The notes under the pieces were generated by a model that saw nothing but the letters and a program-made list of their open reading frames with translations, did no database searches and was not told the origin of the DNA. Both the position numbers and the translations under genes were made by a program. Below are positions 19,929 through 28,628 of a stretch of DNA of 64,000 bases, piece by piece. Positions within the stretch are counted from its first letter, which is position 1. Every line of letters starts with the position of its first letter. Location of the stretch: assembly GCA_963665095.1 (NCBI GenBank), contig OY762069.1, positions 5,120,001-5,184,000 of the forward strand. The letters are read 5' to 3'. The DNA is from an uncultured Desulfobacter sp. (lineage in GTDB: Bacteria; Desulfobacterota; Desulfobacteria; Desulfobacterales; Desulfobacteraceae).

Positions 19929-20435
19929 ATGGAAGTAATTTTACTGATGGCCTCCACCCTGGATGGAAAAATCGCCAGGAATGACAGTCAGTTTGTAGAC
20001 TGGACTGGCAAGGCAGACAAAAAGTACTTTGTGGAGATAACCAAAAAAACCGGTGTGATCATCATGGGGTCAAAAACCTATGATACCATTGGCAAGCCGT
20101 TGCCTGGTCGGCTAACCATAGTTATGACCCGGGATAAAACCCGGTGCTCTGATCAGGACCATCTGGTTTTTACGGACCAGGCTCCGGATGAGATTCTGAG
20201 TATGCTGGAACGTAAAGGGTATGACAGTGTCGCCCTGGTGGGAGGGGCCACGATTAACTCTTTGTTTGCCCACGCCGGTTTGATTACTCAGGTCCACTTG
20301 ACCCTGGTTCCCCTGGTGTTTGGTTCAGGGCTCTCCCTGTTTGACCGGCCTTTGGATATGCGCCTCGCATTTAAGTCGAGCCGGGAGATTGAGAACGGGC
20401 ACCTTTTACTCATTTATCAGGTGGCTGAATCATGA
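19929..20435 (+). CDS. Dihydrofolate reductase family protein
   Basis: ASTLDGKI, IIMGSKTY, KPLPGR, LVGGA, GSG. Confidence 0.85.
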   Translation: MEVILLMASTLDGKIARNDSQFVDWTGKADKKYFVEITKKTGVIIMGSKTYDTIGKPLPGRLTIVMTRDKTRCSDQDHLVFTDQAPDEILSMLERKGYDSVALVGGATINSLFAHAGLITQVHLTLVPLVFGSGLSLFDRPLDMRLAFKSSREIENGHLLLIYQVAES

Positions 20436-20548
20436 AAAAGGATATCCCTGAAAAGAAGAAAAAATCCTTCCTGACCCGGTTTTTCAACTGGATCGCAAAA
20501 GGCGCTGAAAGAGCAAACCGACAGGGGCAGGGAATCTGCCGGTCCTGA
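20432..20548 (+). CDS. 38-aa basic amphipathic peptide (not in the ORF track)
   Basis: ATGA overlap with the DHFR stop; MKKDIPEKKKKSFLTRFFNWIAKGAERANRQGQGICRS. Confidence 0.55.
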   Translation: MKKDIPEKKKKSFLTRFFNWIAKGAERANRQGQGICRS

Positions 20549-20697
20549 GCCCCCCGGAAGAAATGACCGGCCCGTGGGGCCGGCAACCATCTTAAAAAAG
20601 CCCTTGAATCTTGCGGCAAAGCCGATATACTTCGCAAAAAAAATTATCGTCCGGGATTGCTTTGTCCCGGATGTTGTAATGTCAAAGGATTGAATTT

Positions 20698-21126
20698 ATG
20701 AAAGAACGGGTCAAAGGGCTGCTTCAGCAAATCAACTTTATTGAAACAGATATGGAAATCCAGAAGCAGATTCTTTTTTCCATTCCTGAAGGGAATAGGG
20801 AGGAGATGGAAAAAGTTGTGGGGACCATAGCCGCCCATAAGGAGCAGATAAAGAAATTACGGGCACGTATAAAGCAGGTTGACCCTGAAGAGTACAACCG
20901 GATTACCATGCTGGAACAGGCCACGGAGAGATTCAGGCAACTGTCTGAAAATAAGAAATGGGTCGAGGTGGTCACGTTGAATGAAACAGGGCACTGTTCT
21001 GTGATGCTCAATGACGGTTCCTGCATAGAGTGCCTGGTTAAGGCCAGGGATGACAAGGGCAACTGGACGGTTTTGACCCTGGAGGGTGAAACAAAACAAT
21101 ATCCCGGCGGACTGGTTCGACAGTAA
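20698..21126 (+). CDS. Hypothetical protein (N-terminal coiled coil, C-terminal beta domain)
   Basis: 142-aa ORF, co-oriented and 12 nt upstream of mntP. Confidence 0.7.
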   Translation: MKERVKGLLQQINFIETDMEIQKQILFSIPEGNREEMEKVVGTIAAHKEQIKKLRARIKQVDPEEYNRITMLEQATERFRQLSENKKWVEVVTLNETGHCSVMLNDGSCIECLVKARDDKGNWTVLTLEGETKQYPGGLVRQ

Positions 21127-21138
21127 TGAAGAAAAGTA

Positions 21139-21699
21139 ATGCCGCTGTTTGATATAATTTTTATGGCAGTTGGTCTTGCCATGGATGCCTCAGCCGTGTC
21201 CATGGCCGCTGCCGCATCAGGGTATGCAGATAATCGCCGGGCGGTTTTCCGTCTGGCATTTCACTTTGGGCTGTTCCAGTTCATGATGCCTGTGATCGGA
21301 TGGATTCTAGGAGCTGGCTTTGTCTCCTATATACAGTCTGTGGATCACTGGGTCGCCTTTGGCCTTCTGGCCTTTGTGGGTGGCCGCATGATTTATGAGG
21401 GAATTCAGTCAGGTCCGGAACAACTGCATAAAGATCCGTCCAAAGGCCTGACCATGGTAATGCTCAGTGTGGCCACCAGTATTGATGCCCTGGCCATAGG
21501 TTTGAGTCTTGCAGTGATGGATGTCAATATCTGGTATCCGTCGGTGCTGATCGGGCTTATTACCTGCGGGATGTGCGTGGCTGCTGTCACAATTGGTCGC
21601 CGGGCCGGAATGTTATTCGGCAGCCGGATGGAAGTTGCAGGCGGGATTATTTTAATTGGTATTGGTATTCGGATTCTTTTCCAAGCTCTTCTTTCCTGA
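21139..21699 (+). CDS. mntP: Manganese efflux pump MntP
   Basis: GLAMDASAVS and ATSIDALAIG duplicated motifs, DHW, about six TMs. Confidence 0.9.
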   Translation: MPLFDIIFMAVGLAMDASAVSMAAAASGYADNRRAVFRLAFHFGLFQFMMPVIGWILGAGFVSYIQSVDHWVAFGLLAFVGGRMIYEGIQSGPEQLHKDPSKGLTMVMLSVATSIDALAIGLSLAVMDVNIWYPSVLIGLITCGMCVAAVTIGRRAGMLFGSRMEVAGGIILIGIGIRILFQALLS

Positions 21700-21795
21700 A
21701 AATTCCCCACAAATAGTTTGATTTTTGCCAGATTTTTTGGCATGTTACTGTGCGCAGAAACATTGGTAAACCCATTTGAGGTTATAAATATAGTT

Positions 21796-23613
21796 ATGGA
21801 TACAAAAAGACTGATGCTGGGAAACGAGGCACTGGCTTATGGTTTGCTGAAAAACAGCTGCCAGATGGCTATGGCCTATCCGGGCACCCCTTCTTCGGAG
21901 ATTCTGTCCGCAGTTGTTTCCCTGAAAAAAGAGATGAATCTGGATATTCACGCCCAGTGGGCGGTGAATGAAAAAGTAGCGTTTGAGACCGCGTATGCCG
22001 GCGCCCAGGCTGGCCTTAGAACCGCTGTGGCCATGAAACAGGTGGGCCTGAATGTGGCGGCGGATCCTTTGATGAGTTCCGTATATTTAGGAGTCAAAGG
22101 TGGTTTTCTGGTGATCAGTGCGGATGACCCCGGCCCCCACTCCTCCCAGACCGAGCAGGACTCGCGACTTATGGCTGTCATGGCCAAGCTGCCGGTGCTG
22201 GACCCGGACTCTCCGGGCCAGGCAGCCGAACTTGCCGGCATTGCCTTTGAACTGTCCGAAGCCTTTGAAATCCCGGTGATGATGCGGCCCACCACCCGGG
22301 TCTGCCACTCCCGCCAGAGCATGGATGTGGAAAAGATTGAGATTACAATGCGCAAGGCTGCCTTTGATAAAAATCCGGGCAGATGGGCTGCCACGCCTAA
22401 GTTCCGGCTTCAGCTCCACAAGGAGCTGGAGGCCAAACTTGCCAAAATTGCAGACCATGAACCCACCCGTCCCCGGCTGGTGTCCGGCACGGCCAAAGGG
22501 TCCGGCCAGGCCATTGTGGTGGCAGGGGTGGCCGCGGCCAATGCCCGGGACATCATCAAAGAGCGGAACCTGGACATCCCCGTGTATCAGGTGGTCCAGC
22601 CCTTTCCCCTTCACAGGGATTTTATCCGGGAGCTGGATGCCTACGACGAGATCCTGGTACTGGAAGAGACCTGGGGCGTGATCGAAATGCAGCTGGCCGA
22701 CAAAAACCGCGTCAAGGGAAAGAACACAGGATTTATCTCTCCGGCGGGTGAGCTGCTGCCCGAAAACGTAGAGGAACGGATCTGTGCCTTTGCCGGCCTG
22801 GATTACCAGACCCCCGACATTACCACCCTGCCGGGACGGCGTCCCACCCTGTGTGCCGGCTGCCCCCACCGGGCCAGCTTTTACGCCATTAAAAAAGCCG
22901 CTCCCAAGGGCATATTCACCAGTGATATCGGGTGCTATACCCTGGGCTGCAATCTTGGGGCCGTGGATACGGTTACCTGTATGGGCGCAGGTGTCAGCCA
23001 AGCCGCAGGCTTCAGCATTGCCTATGCTAAAAACGAAAAGCAGCCCCCGGTGTTTTCCACCATCGGGGACTCCACCTTTTTCCATTCCGGCATCCCCGGA
23101 CTTATTGAAACCGTTACTAAAAAGATCCCTTACGTCCTGGTTATCCTGGACAACCGGACCACGGCCATGACAGGGCACCAGCCCACCCCTGCCACCGGCC
23201 GGGATGCCTCGGGCGACCCCTGCATTGCCGTTGATATCCCCGCCATTGTCAAAGGCTGCGGGGTCAATTTTATTAAAACGGCTGACCCTTACGACCTGCC
23301 GGCATTTATAGACCTTCTCAAGGAGGCAAAGGCGTATTGCAAAGAGAACGGTCCGGCCGTGGTTATTGCCGAGCATCCGTGTATTCTCAACCTGGACAGG
23401 GCCGAGCTTAAGGCCGGCTTTAAACGAGTGGTTGTCGACCTGGATGTATGTGACGGCTGCGGATATTGTGTCAGCCAGTTTGAGTGCCCGGCCCTGAGCC
23501 TGAACCAGGAGACAGAGCAGGTCGGCATAGACCCGGGGCTTTGCACCGGCTGCGCGGTCTGTTCATTTGTCTGCCCCAAGGGTGCCCTTGTACTTGAAAA
23601 TCAGGAGTCATAA
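21796..23613 (+). CDS. iorA: Indolepyruvate:ferredoxin oxidoreductase alpha subunit
   Basis: GNEA, YPGTPSSE, NEKVA, DDPGPHSSQTEQD, LCAGCPHR, GDSTFFHSG TPP motif, C-terminal ferredoxin Cys motifs. Confidence 0.93.
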   Translation: MDTKRLMLGNEALAYGLLKNSCQMAMAYPGTPSSEILSAVVSLKKEMNLDIHAQWAVNEKVAFETAYAGAQAGLRTAVAMKQVGLNVAADPLMSSVYLGVKGGFLVISADDPGPHSSQTEQDSRLMAVMAKLPVLDPDSPGQAAELAGIAFELSEAFEIPVMMRPTTRVCHSRQSMDVEKIEITMRKAAFDKNPGRWAATPKFRLQLHKELEAKLAKIADHEPTRPRLVSGTAKGSGQAIVVAGVAAANARDIIKERNLDIPVYQVVQPFPLHRDFIRELDAYDEILVLEETWGVIEMQLADKNRVKGKNTGFISPAGELLPENVEERICAFAGLDYQTPDITTLPGRRPTLCAGCPHRASFYAIKKAAPKGIFTSDIGCYTLGCNLGAVDTVTCMGAGVSQAAGFSIAYAKNEKQPPVFSTIGDSTFFHSGIPGLIETVTKKIPYVLVILDNRTTAMTGHQPTPATGRDASGDPCIAVDIPAIVKGCGVNFIKTADPYDLPAFIDLLKEAKAYCKENGPAVVIAEHPCILNLDRAELKAGFKRVVVDLDVCDGCGYCVSQFECPALSLNQETEQVGIDPGLCTGCAVCSFVCPKGALVLENQES

Positions 23614-23615
23614 CA

Positions 23616-24167
23616 ATGTCAAATAATCAGCAGATTATCATTTCAGGTCTGGGCGGGCAGGGCGTTCTTTTTATCACCAAACTGCTTGCAGGCGCTGCCA
23701 TGGCAGACGGCCTTCCTGTACTGACCTCGGAAACCCACGGTATGGCCCAGCGGGGCGGCAATGTGATTTCATATCTTAAAATCGGTGATTTTTCAGGACC
23801 TCTGATCCGTCCGGCCACCGCAGATGCATTGATCGCCCTGAAAGCGGAAAGTTTTGCCCACCATTCATACTTTCTTAAACCCGGCGGGGTGGCTGTGGTG
23901 AATTCCAGCAGTATTGTGGAAGACGAAAAATACCGTGTTTTTTCAGGGGATGCCGCAGCCCTGGCCGAAGAGGCCGGTAATGTACGCAGCGAAAATGTGG
24001 CCATGCTGGGTTTTTTCCTGGGCGCCATGAAAGATGTGACTGATGCCTTCAGCCAGGCAAGCCTCTCCCGAGCGGTACAGCGCAAATTCCAGGCAAAACC
24101 CGCCGTGGCAGACAGCATTTTAAGCCTGCTTGAATCAGGCATGCAGCTTTACAAAGCAAAACAGTAA
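23616..24167 (+). CDS. iorB: Indolepyruvate:ferredoxin oxidoreductase beta subunit
   Basis: GLGGQGV, ETHGMAQRGG; follows iorA. Confidence 0.92.
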   Translation: MSNNQQIIISGLGGQGVLFITKLLAGAAMADGLPVLTSETHGMAQRGGNVISYLKIGDFSGPLIRPATADALIALKAESFAHHSYFLKPGGVAVVNSSSIVEDEKYRVFSGDAAALAEEAGNVRSENVAMLGFFLGAMKDVTDAFSQASLSRAVQRKFQAKPAVADSILSLLESGMQLYKAKQ

Positions 24168-24217
24168 CCTGAATATATTCCGGGCCAAGTATGAGGTCCG
24201 GTCTGATAAGGACAATA

Positions 24218-25504
24218 ATGAGTTTTATCCCTGAAATAACCAGTGGACAGATAACCAATATCCAGGAAGCGGGCCTGAAATGGACCGTATCCCACGCGTA
24301 TAACAACAGTTCCTATTACAGAAACAAGCTGGAAGCGGCCGGGTGCAGGTCCGAAGATATCACGGCGCTTTCCGACCTTGAGAAACTGCCCTTTACCGAC
24401 AAGATCGATTTTCTTGAGGATTACCCCTTTCCTTTACGCTCTGCTCCCATGTCTGACATCGTACGGATTCATGGATCATCCGGCACCACAGGCAAAAGAA
24501 AAATTCTTTGTTACACAAGAGAGGATGTGGACAACTGGGCCAATATCTTTGCCCGGTGTTATGAACTGGCCGGCGTCACCAGAGAGGACCGGGTACAGAT
24601 TGCGGTGGGGTACGGGCTGTGGACCGCTGGTGTGGGCTTCCAGAACGGGTGCGAACGGTTGGGTGCCATGGCCGTGCCTTTAGGTCCTGCCAACGTGGAC
24701 ATGCACATCGACATGCTTCTTGACCTTGAGGCTACGGTATTCTGTGCCACAGCCTCCATGGCCCTTCTTATGTCCGAAGAGATTGAGAAACGTAAACTGA
24801 CAGATAAAATCAAACTGAAAACCATAATTCTGGGCGCAGAGCGCCACAGTGCCTCCATGCGAAAACGCATCCAGGAGATTACCGGTGCCCAGCATATCCA
24901 TGATATCTACGGCATGACCGAACTCTACGGTCCCGGTACAGGGCTGGACTGCACGGAACATGCGGGCATTCACTACTGGGCCGATCATTTTATTTTTGAG
25001 GTCATTGATCCGGTCACCCTGAAACCTGTGCCTGAAGGGGAAGAGGGGGAGCTGGTGGTCACCACCCTGAAGAAACAGGGGACACCGCTTATCCGTTACC
25101 GGACCCATGATGTCACCCGGCTGATCCCCGGCCCGTGTGCCTGCGGCAATCCCTTCCCCAGGCATGCCCGGATTTCCGGCCGCACCGACGACATGTTTAT
25201 CTTCAGGGCTGTCAACATCTATCCCAGCCAGATTGATCATATCTTAAGCGGCATTGACGGTGTGGGCAGCGAGTACCAGATTCACCTGAACCAGGATGCC
25301 GACGGCAGGGATTACATGACCATCCGGGTGGAGCGTACGGCTGATGCCGGTGCGTCTGCTGACAACGGTCTTGCCGAACAGGTATCCGGCAGGATCCGCA
25401 AAAAACTGCTGGTCAGATCCCGGGTTGAGATCGTGGGGTATGGCGACCTGCCCCGGACTGAGAAGAAGAGTAAGCGGGTATACGACAACCGTCCGGAGGC
25501 TTAG
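24218..25504 (+). CDS. paaK: Phenylacetate-CoA ligase family protein
   Basis: HGSSGTTG, YGLWTAG, DIYGMTE, PLIRYRT, GRTDDM. Confidence 0.88.
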   Translation: MSFIPEITSGQITNIQEAGLKWTVSHAYNNSSYYRNKLEAAGCRSEDITALSDLEKLPFTDKIDFLEDYPFPLRSAPMSDIVRIHGSSGTTGKRKILCYTREDVDNWANIFARCYELAGVTREDRVQIAVGYGLWTAGVGFQNGCERLGAMAVPLGPANVDMHIDMLLDLEATVFCATASMALLMSEEIEKRKLTDKIKLKTIILGAERHSASMRKRIQEITGAQHIHDIYGMTELYGPGTGLDCTEHAGIHYWADHFIFEVIDPVTLKPVPEGEEGELVVTTLKKQGTPLIRYRTHDVTRLIPGPCACGNPFPRHARISGRTDDMFIFRAVNIYPSQIDHILSGIDGVGSEYQIHLNQDADGRDYMTIRVERTADAGASADNGLAEQVSGRIRKKLLVRSRVEIVGYGDLPRTEKKSKRVYDNRPEA

Positions 25505-25577
25505 TGTTTGAACGTAAAGTCACCCACCTGCTGCGTTGCAGAAACATTTGCATCTGGGCAATTTTACGCCCAGACAC
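25502..25577. repeat. Internally deleted copy of a palindromic intergenic repeat (MITE/REP-like)
   Basis: TAGTGTTTGAACGTAAAGTCACCCACCTGCTGCGTTGCAGAAA closely matches the reverse complement of the right part of 62735-62861; ends ...TTTTACGCCCAGACAC. Confidence 0.75.
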
Positions 25578-25659
25578 AGGACGGAACGTTAGGCAGACAT
25601 GAAATATTTTTCAAATGATATGAATCTATTCCCTGTGGGGAAAACTTGAAGGAGTTAAA

Positions 25660-26679
25660 ATGAAAAAACTGTCATTGTTTTTCTGTGTTCTGGCAGCTGC
25701 GGCAATCGTTTCCGGAACAGCCCCTGTACCGGCCCTGGCAAAAAAAGTCAGCCTGAATTATGCCAATTTTCCCCCGGCGCCCACCTTCCCCTGTGTTCAG
25801 ATGGAAAGATGGAAAACCGAAATTGAAAAACGCACGGATGGGGCAGTACAGATCAATACCTTTCCCGGCGGTACCCTGCTTGGTGCCAAAGATATGATGG
25901 ACGGGGTTATAAACGGCCAGGCCGACATCGGCTGCATCTGCATGGCCTATCAGCCAGGCAGATTTACGGTGACAAATGCCACAAGCCTGCCCCTGGATAT
26001 CCCCGATGCCAAAACCGGCAGCCTGGTGCTTTTAGACCTGTACAATAAATACCAGCCTGACGCCTTTGATAAAGTCAAAGTGCTGACCATGTTTGTTACA
26101 GCCCCTGCCAACATCATGTCCAAGGAGCCGGTGGCCGAGCTTTCCGACCTCAAGGGCCTGGATCTGCGGGCCTCAGGCGGGGCTGCTCAGATTCTTAAAG
26201 CCTGGGGTGCCAACCAGGTGGGCATGCCCATGTCCGACACTCCCGAAGCCCTGCAGAAAGGCGTGGTCAAAGGGCTTTTTTCTTCTCTGGAGGTCATGAA
26301 GGATCTTAAATTTGCTGAAATCTGCAAGTACATCACCATCACTGACACGGTAATCTATCCCTTTGCCGTAATTATGAACAAAAGCGCCTGGAACAAGCTG
26401 CCGGATCCTGTCAAAGGGGTGATGAACGGCATGATTGAGGAACAGGCTGCCTGGACCGGCAATTATATGGACAACCATGTCCAGGATGCCATTGAATGGT
26501 CAAAACAGGAGCATCAGGTCAAAGTGATTACACTGACGCCTGAGAAAAAAGCGGATTGGAATAAAAAGCTGGCCCCAATTACGGAAAACTGGGTTAAAGC
26601 TGCCAAGGAAAAGGGCCTGCCCGGAGACCAGATCGTTCAAGATATCAAAGAATTAATTGTGAAACGCACCGGAAATTAA
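25660..26679 (+). CDS. dctP: TRAP transporter substrate-binding protein
   Basis: Signal peptide; FPGGTLL, DLKGLDLR, ALQKGVV. Confidence 0.92.
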   Translation: MKKLSLFFCVLAAAAIVSGTAPVPALAKKVSLNYANFPPAPTFPCVQMERWKTEIEKRTDGAVQINTFPGGTLLGAKDMMDGVINGQADIGCICMAYQPGRFTVTNATSLPLDIPDAKTGSLVLLDLYNKYQPDAFDKVKVLTMFVTAPANIMSKEPVAELSDLKGLDLRASGGAAQILKAWGANQVGMPMSDTPEALQKGVVKGLFSSLEVMKDLKFAEICKYITITDTVIYPFAVIMNKSAWNKLPDPVKGVMNGMIEEQAAWTGNYMDNHVQDAIEWSKQEHQVKVITLTPEKKADWNKKLAPITENWVKAAKEKGLPGDQIVQDIKELIVKRTGN

Positions 26680-26689
26680 TCAGGTGTCC

Positions 26690-27175
26690 ATGGAAGCCAT
26701 TGATAAAATAAGCGATTTTTTGAACCGGTGGGCCGGCATTATTGCGGGGATCATCCTGGTGTTCATGATTCTTCTGACCATGGGCAATATTGTGTTGCGC
26801 CGTGTCTGGGTGCCCATTAGGGGCACCTATGAGATCATGGGTTTTGCAGGGGCCGTGATCACGGCCATGGCCATGGGGCTTACCCAGAAAAAAAGAGAGC
26901 ATATCCATGTGGATATTCTGGTCAGCCGCTTTCCGCGGGTAGTCAAAAAGGTGGTTTTTGGGGTGAACACGGCACTATGCTCCGCCTTTTTCCTGGTGGC
27001 GGCCTGGTTTGTGGTGCAGCGGGGCATGACCCTTTTTGAAACAGGCGAGGTCTCTGAAACCCTTAGAATGGCCTATTATCCCTTTGCCTTTGTGGTGGCA
27101 TTCGGCTGCTTTCTGCTGGCGGCCATGCTCTTTATTGATCTGATTAAATTGTTTGTTTTAAAGGATTCCAAATGA
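26690..27175 (+). CDS. dctQ: TRAP transporter small permease
   Basis: Four TMs, HIHVDIL. Confidence 0.9.
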   Translation: MEAIDKISDFLNRWAGIIAGIILVFMILLTMGNIVLRRVWVPIRGTYEIMGFAGAVITAMAMGLTQKKREHIHVDILVSRFPRVVKKVVFGVNTALCSAFFLVAAWFVVQRGMTLFETGEVSETLRMAYYPFAFVVAFGCFLLAAMLFIDLIKLFVLKDSK

Positions 27176-28473
27176 GTCTGACCCTGGTGGGCATCCTTGG
27201 GATTGCCATTCTCATGCTGCTGCTCTTCGTGTTCGGTATGCCCGTAAGTTTTGCCATGGCCCTGGTGGGATTTGGCGGATTTTCCTATATCATCAACTTT
27301 AATGCCGGGGTCAACATGGTGAGCCAGGAGATCTGGTCCGTGTTTTCCAAATATGGGCTTACGGTGATTCCTCTGTTTGTCTTTATGGGTCAGATTGCAT
27401 TCTATTCCGGCGTGAATGAAAGGCTCTACAAGGCGGCGTACAAGTGGGTGGGCCATATCCGTGGCGGCATTGCCATGGCAACCATTATGGCCTGTGCCGC
27501 CTTCGCCGCCATCTGCGGTTCCAACACCGCCACGGCAGCCACCATGACCACCGTGGCATTCCCTCAGATGTCCAACTTCAAGTACAAACCCATGCTCTCC
27601 TGCGGGGCCATTGCCTGCGGTTCCACCTTAGGGGTTGTGATCCCGCCGTCCGTGGTTCTGATCATCATCGGTCTTTCAACGGAACAGTCCATTGCCAGGC
27701 TTTTTTACGGTGGCATCGGGGCTGGTATTCTTTTATGCCTGCTTATGCTGTTCTCTGTCTACGTGGTGTGCCGTCTGAATCCCGAATGGGGACCGGCCGG
27801 GCCAAAGTCCGGGTTCAACGAGCGCATACGCTCACTTTCCGGCGCCATTGAGATGTTGATCCTTTTCTTTCTGATTATGACCGGACTCTATGCCGGTTAT
27901 TTTACCCCCTCCGAAGCCGGCGGGGCAGGTGCTTTTTTTGCAGTGGTCATCAGCCTGGTTCAGCGGACACTTTCCTGGGAAAATTTTAAAAAGGCGGTTA
28001 TGGATACGCTGCGGGTCTCCTGCATGGTGATCATGCTCATTACAGGGGCCATGATTCTGGGCAAGTTTTTAACACTTACCCGCATTCCTTTTAACATGGC
28101 CTCCTGGGTGGCAGACTTAAATGTCCCCGACCCTGTGATTCTGGCTGTAATTTTTGGCATGTACGCCATTGGCGGCGCCATCATGGATGCCCTGGCCCTT
28201 TTGCTGATCACCATTCCCATCTTTTTCCCGGTGGCCGCAGAGATGGGATGCGATCCCATCTGGTTTGCGGTACTCATCACCGTGGTCACCACCCTCGGGG
28301 CGGTGACTCCGCCCGTGGGCGCCACTACCTATGTGGTCGCCGGTATGGCCAAAGGCAGCACCTTAAACGAGGTGTTTAAAGGGGTGACTTTCTTTCTTCC
28401 GGCCTACCTGATCTGCATTGTCCTGCTGATGGTCTTTCCCTGGATCATTACCTTTTTGCCGGGGTTGCTGTAG
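27172..28473 (+). CDS. dctM: TRAP transporter large permease
   Basis: IPLF, FAAICGS, IPPS, TPSEA, TPPVG. Confidence 0.93.
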   Translation: MSLTLVGILGIAILMLLLFVFGMPVSFAMALVGFGGFSYIINFNAGVNMVSQEIWSVFSKYGLTVIPLFVFMGQIAFYSGVNERLYKAAYKWVGHIRGGIAMATIMACAAFAAICGSNTATAATMTTVAFPQMSNFKYKPMLSCGAIACGSTLGVVIPPSVVLIIIGLSTEQSIARLFYGGIGAGILLCLLMLFSVYVVCRLNPEWGPAGPKSGFNERIRSLSGAIEMLILFFLIMTGLYAGYFTPSEAGGAGAFFAVVISLVQRTLSWENFKKAVMDTLRVSCMVIMLITGAMILGKFLTLTRIPFNMASWVADLNVPDPVILAVIFGMYAIGGAIMDALALLLITIPIFFPVAAEMGCDPIWFAVLITVVTTLGAVTPPVGATTYVVAGMAKGSTLNEVFKGVTFFLPAYLICIVLLMVFPWIITFLPGLL

Positions 28474-28628
28474 AAAGACACCATTTTACGTTTTAGGTCT
28501 TGCCCTGATTTTTTATCCTTTGGTTGACAAAAAGGCCGTTCGTTGCCCAGATCCGGGATAGTTTCCGGATCAATACCCGGTGGTGTGACCACCGTTCCCG
28601 GGAGTGTGATGAAAATCACCGGGGGCGT

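Noticed and set aside
22087..23376. 429-aa minus-strand ORF, and similar long antisense ORFs at 24680-25240, 44309-44950, 47460-48311 and 50083-50856
   Set aside because: These are shadows of well-supported genes on the opposite strand in GC-rich coding DNA, with no recognisable motifs.
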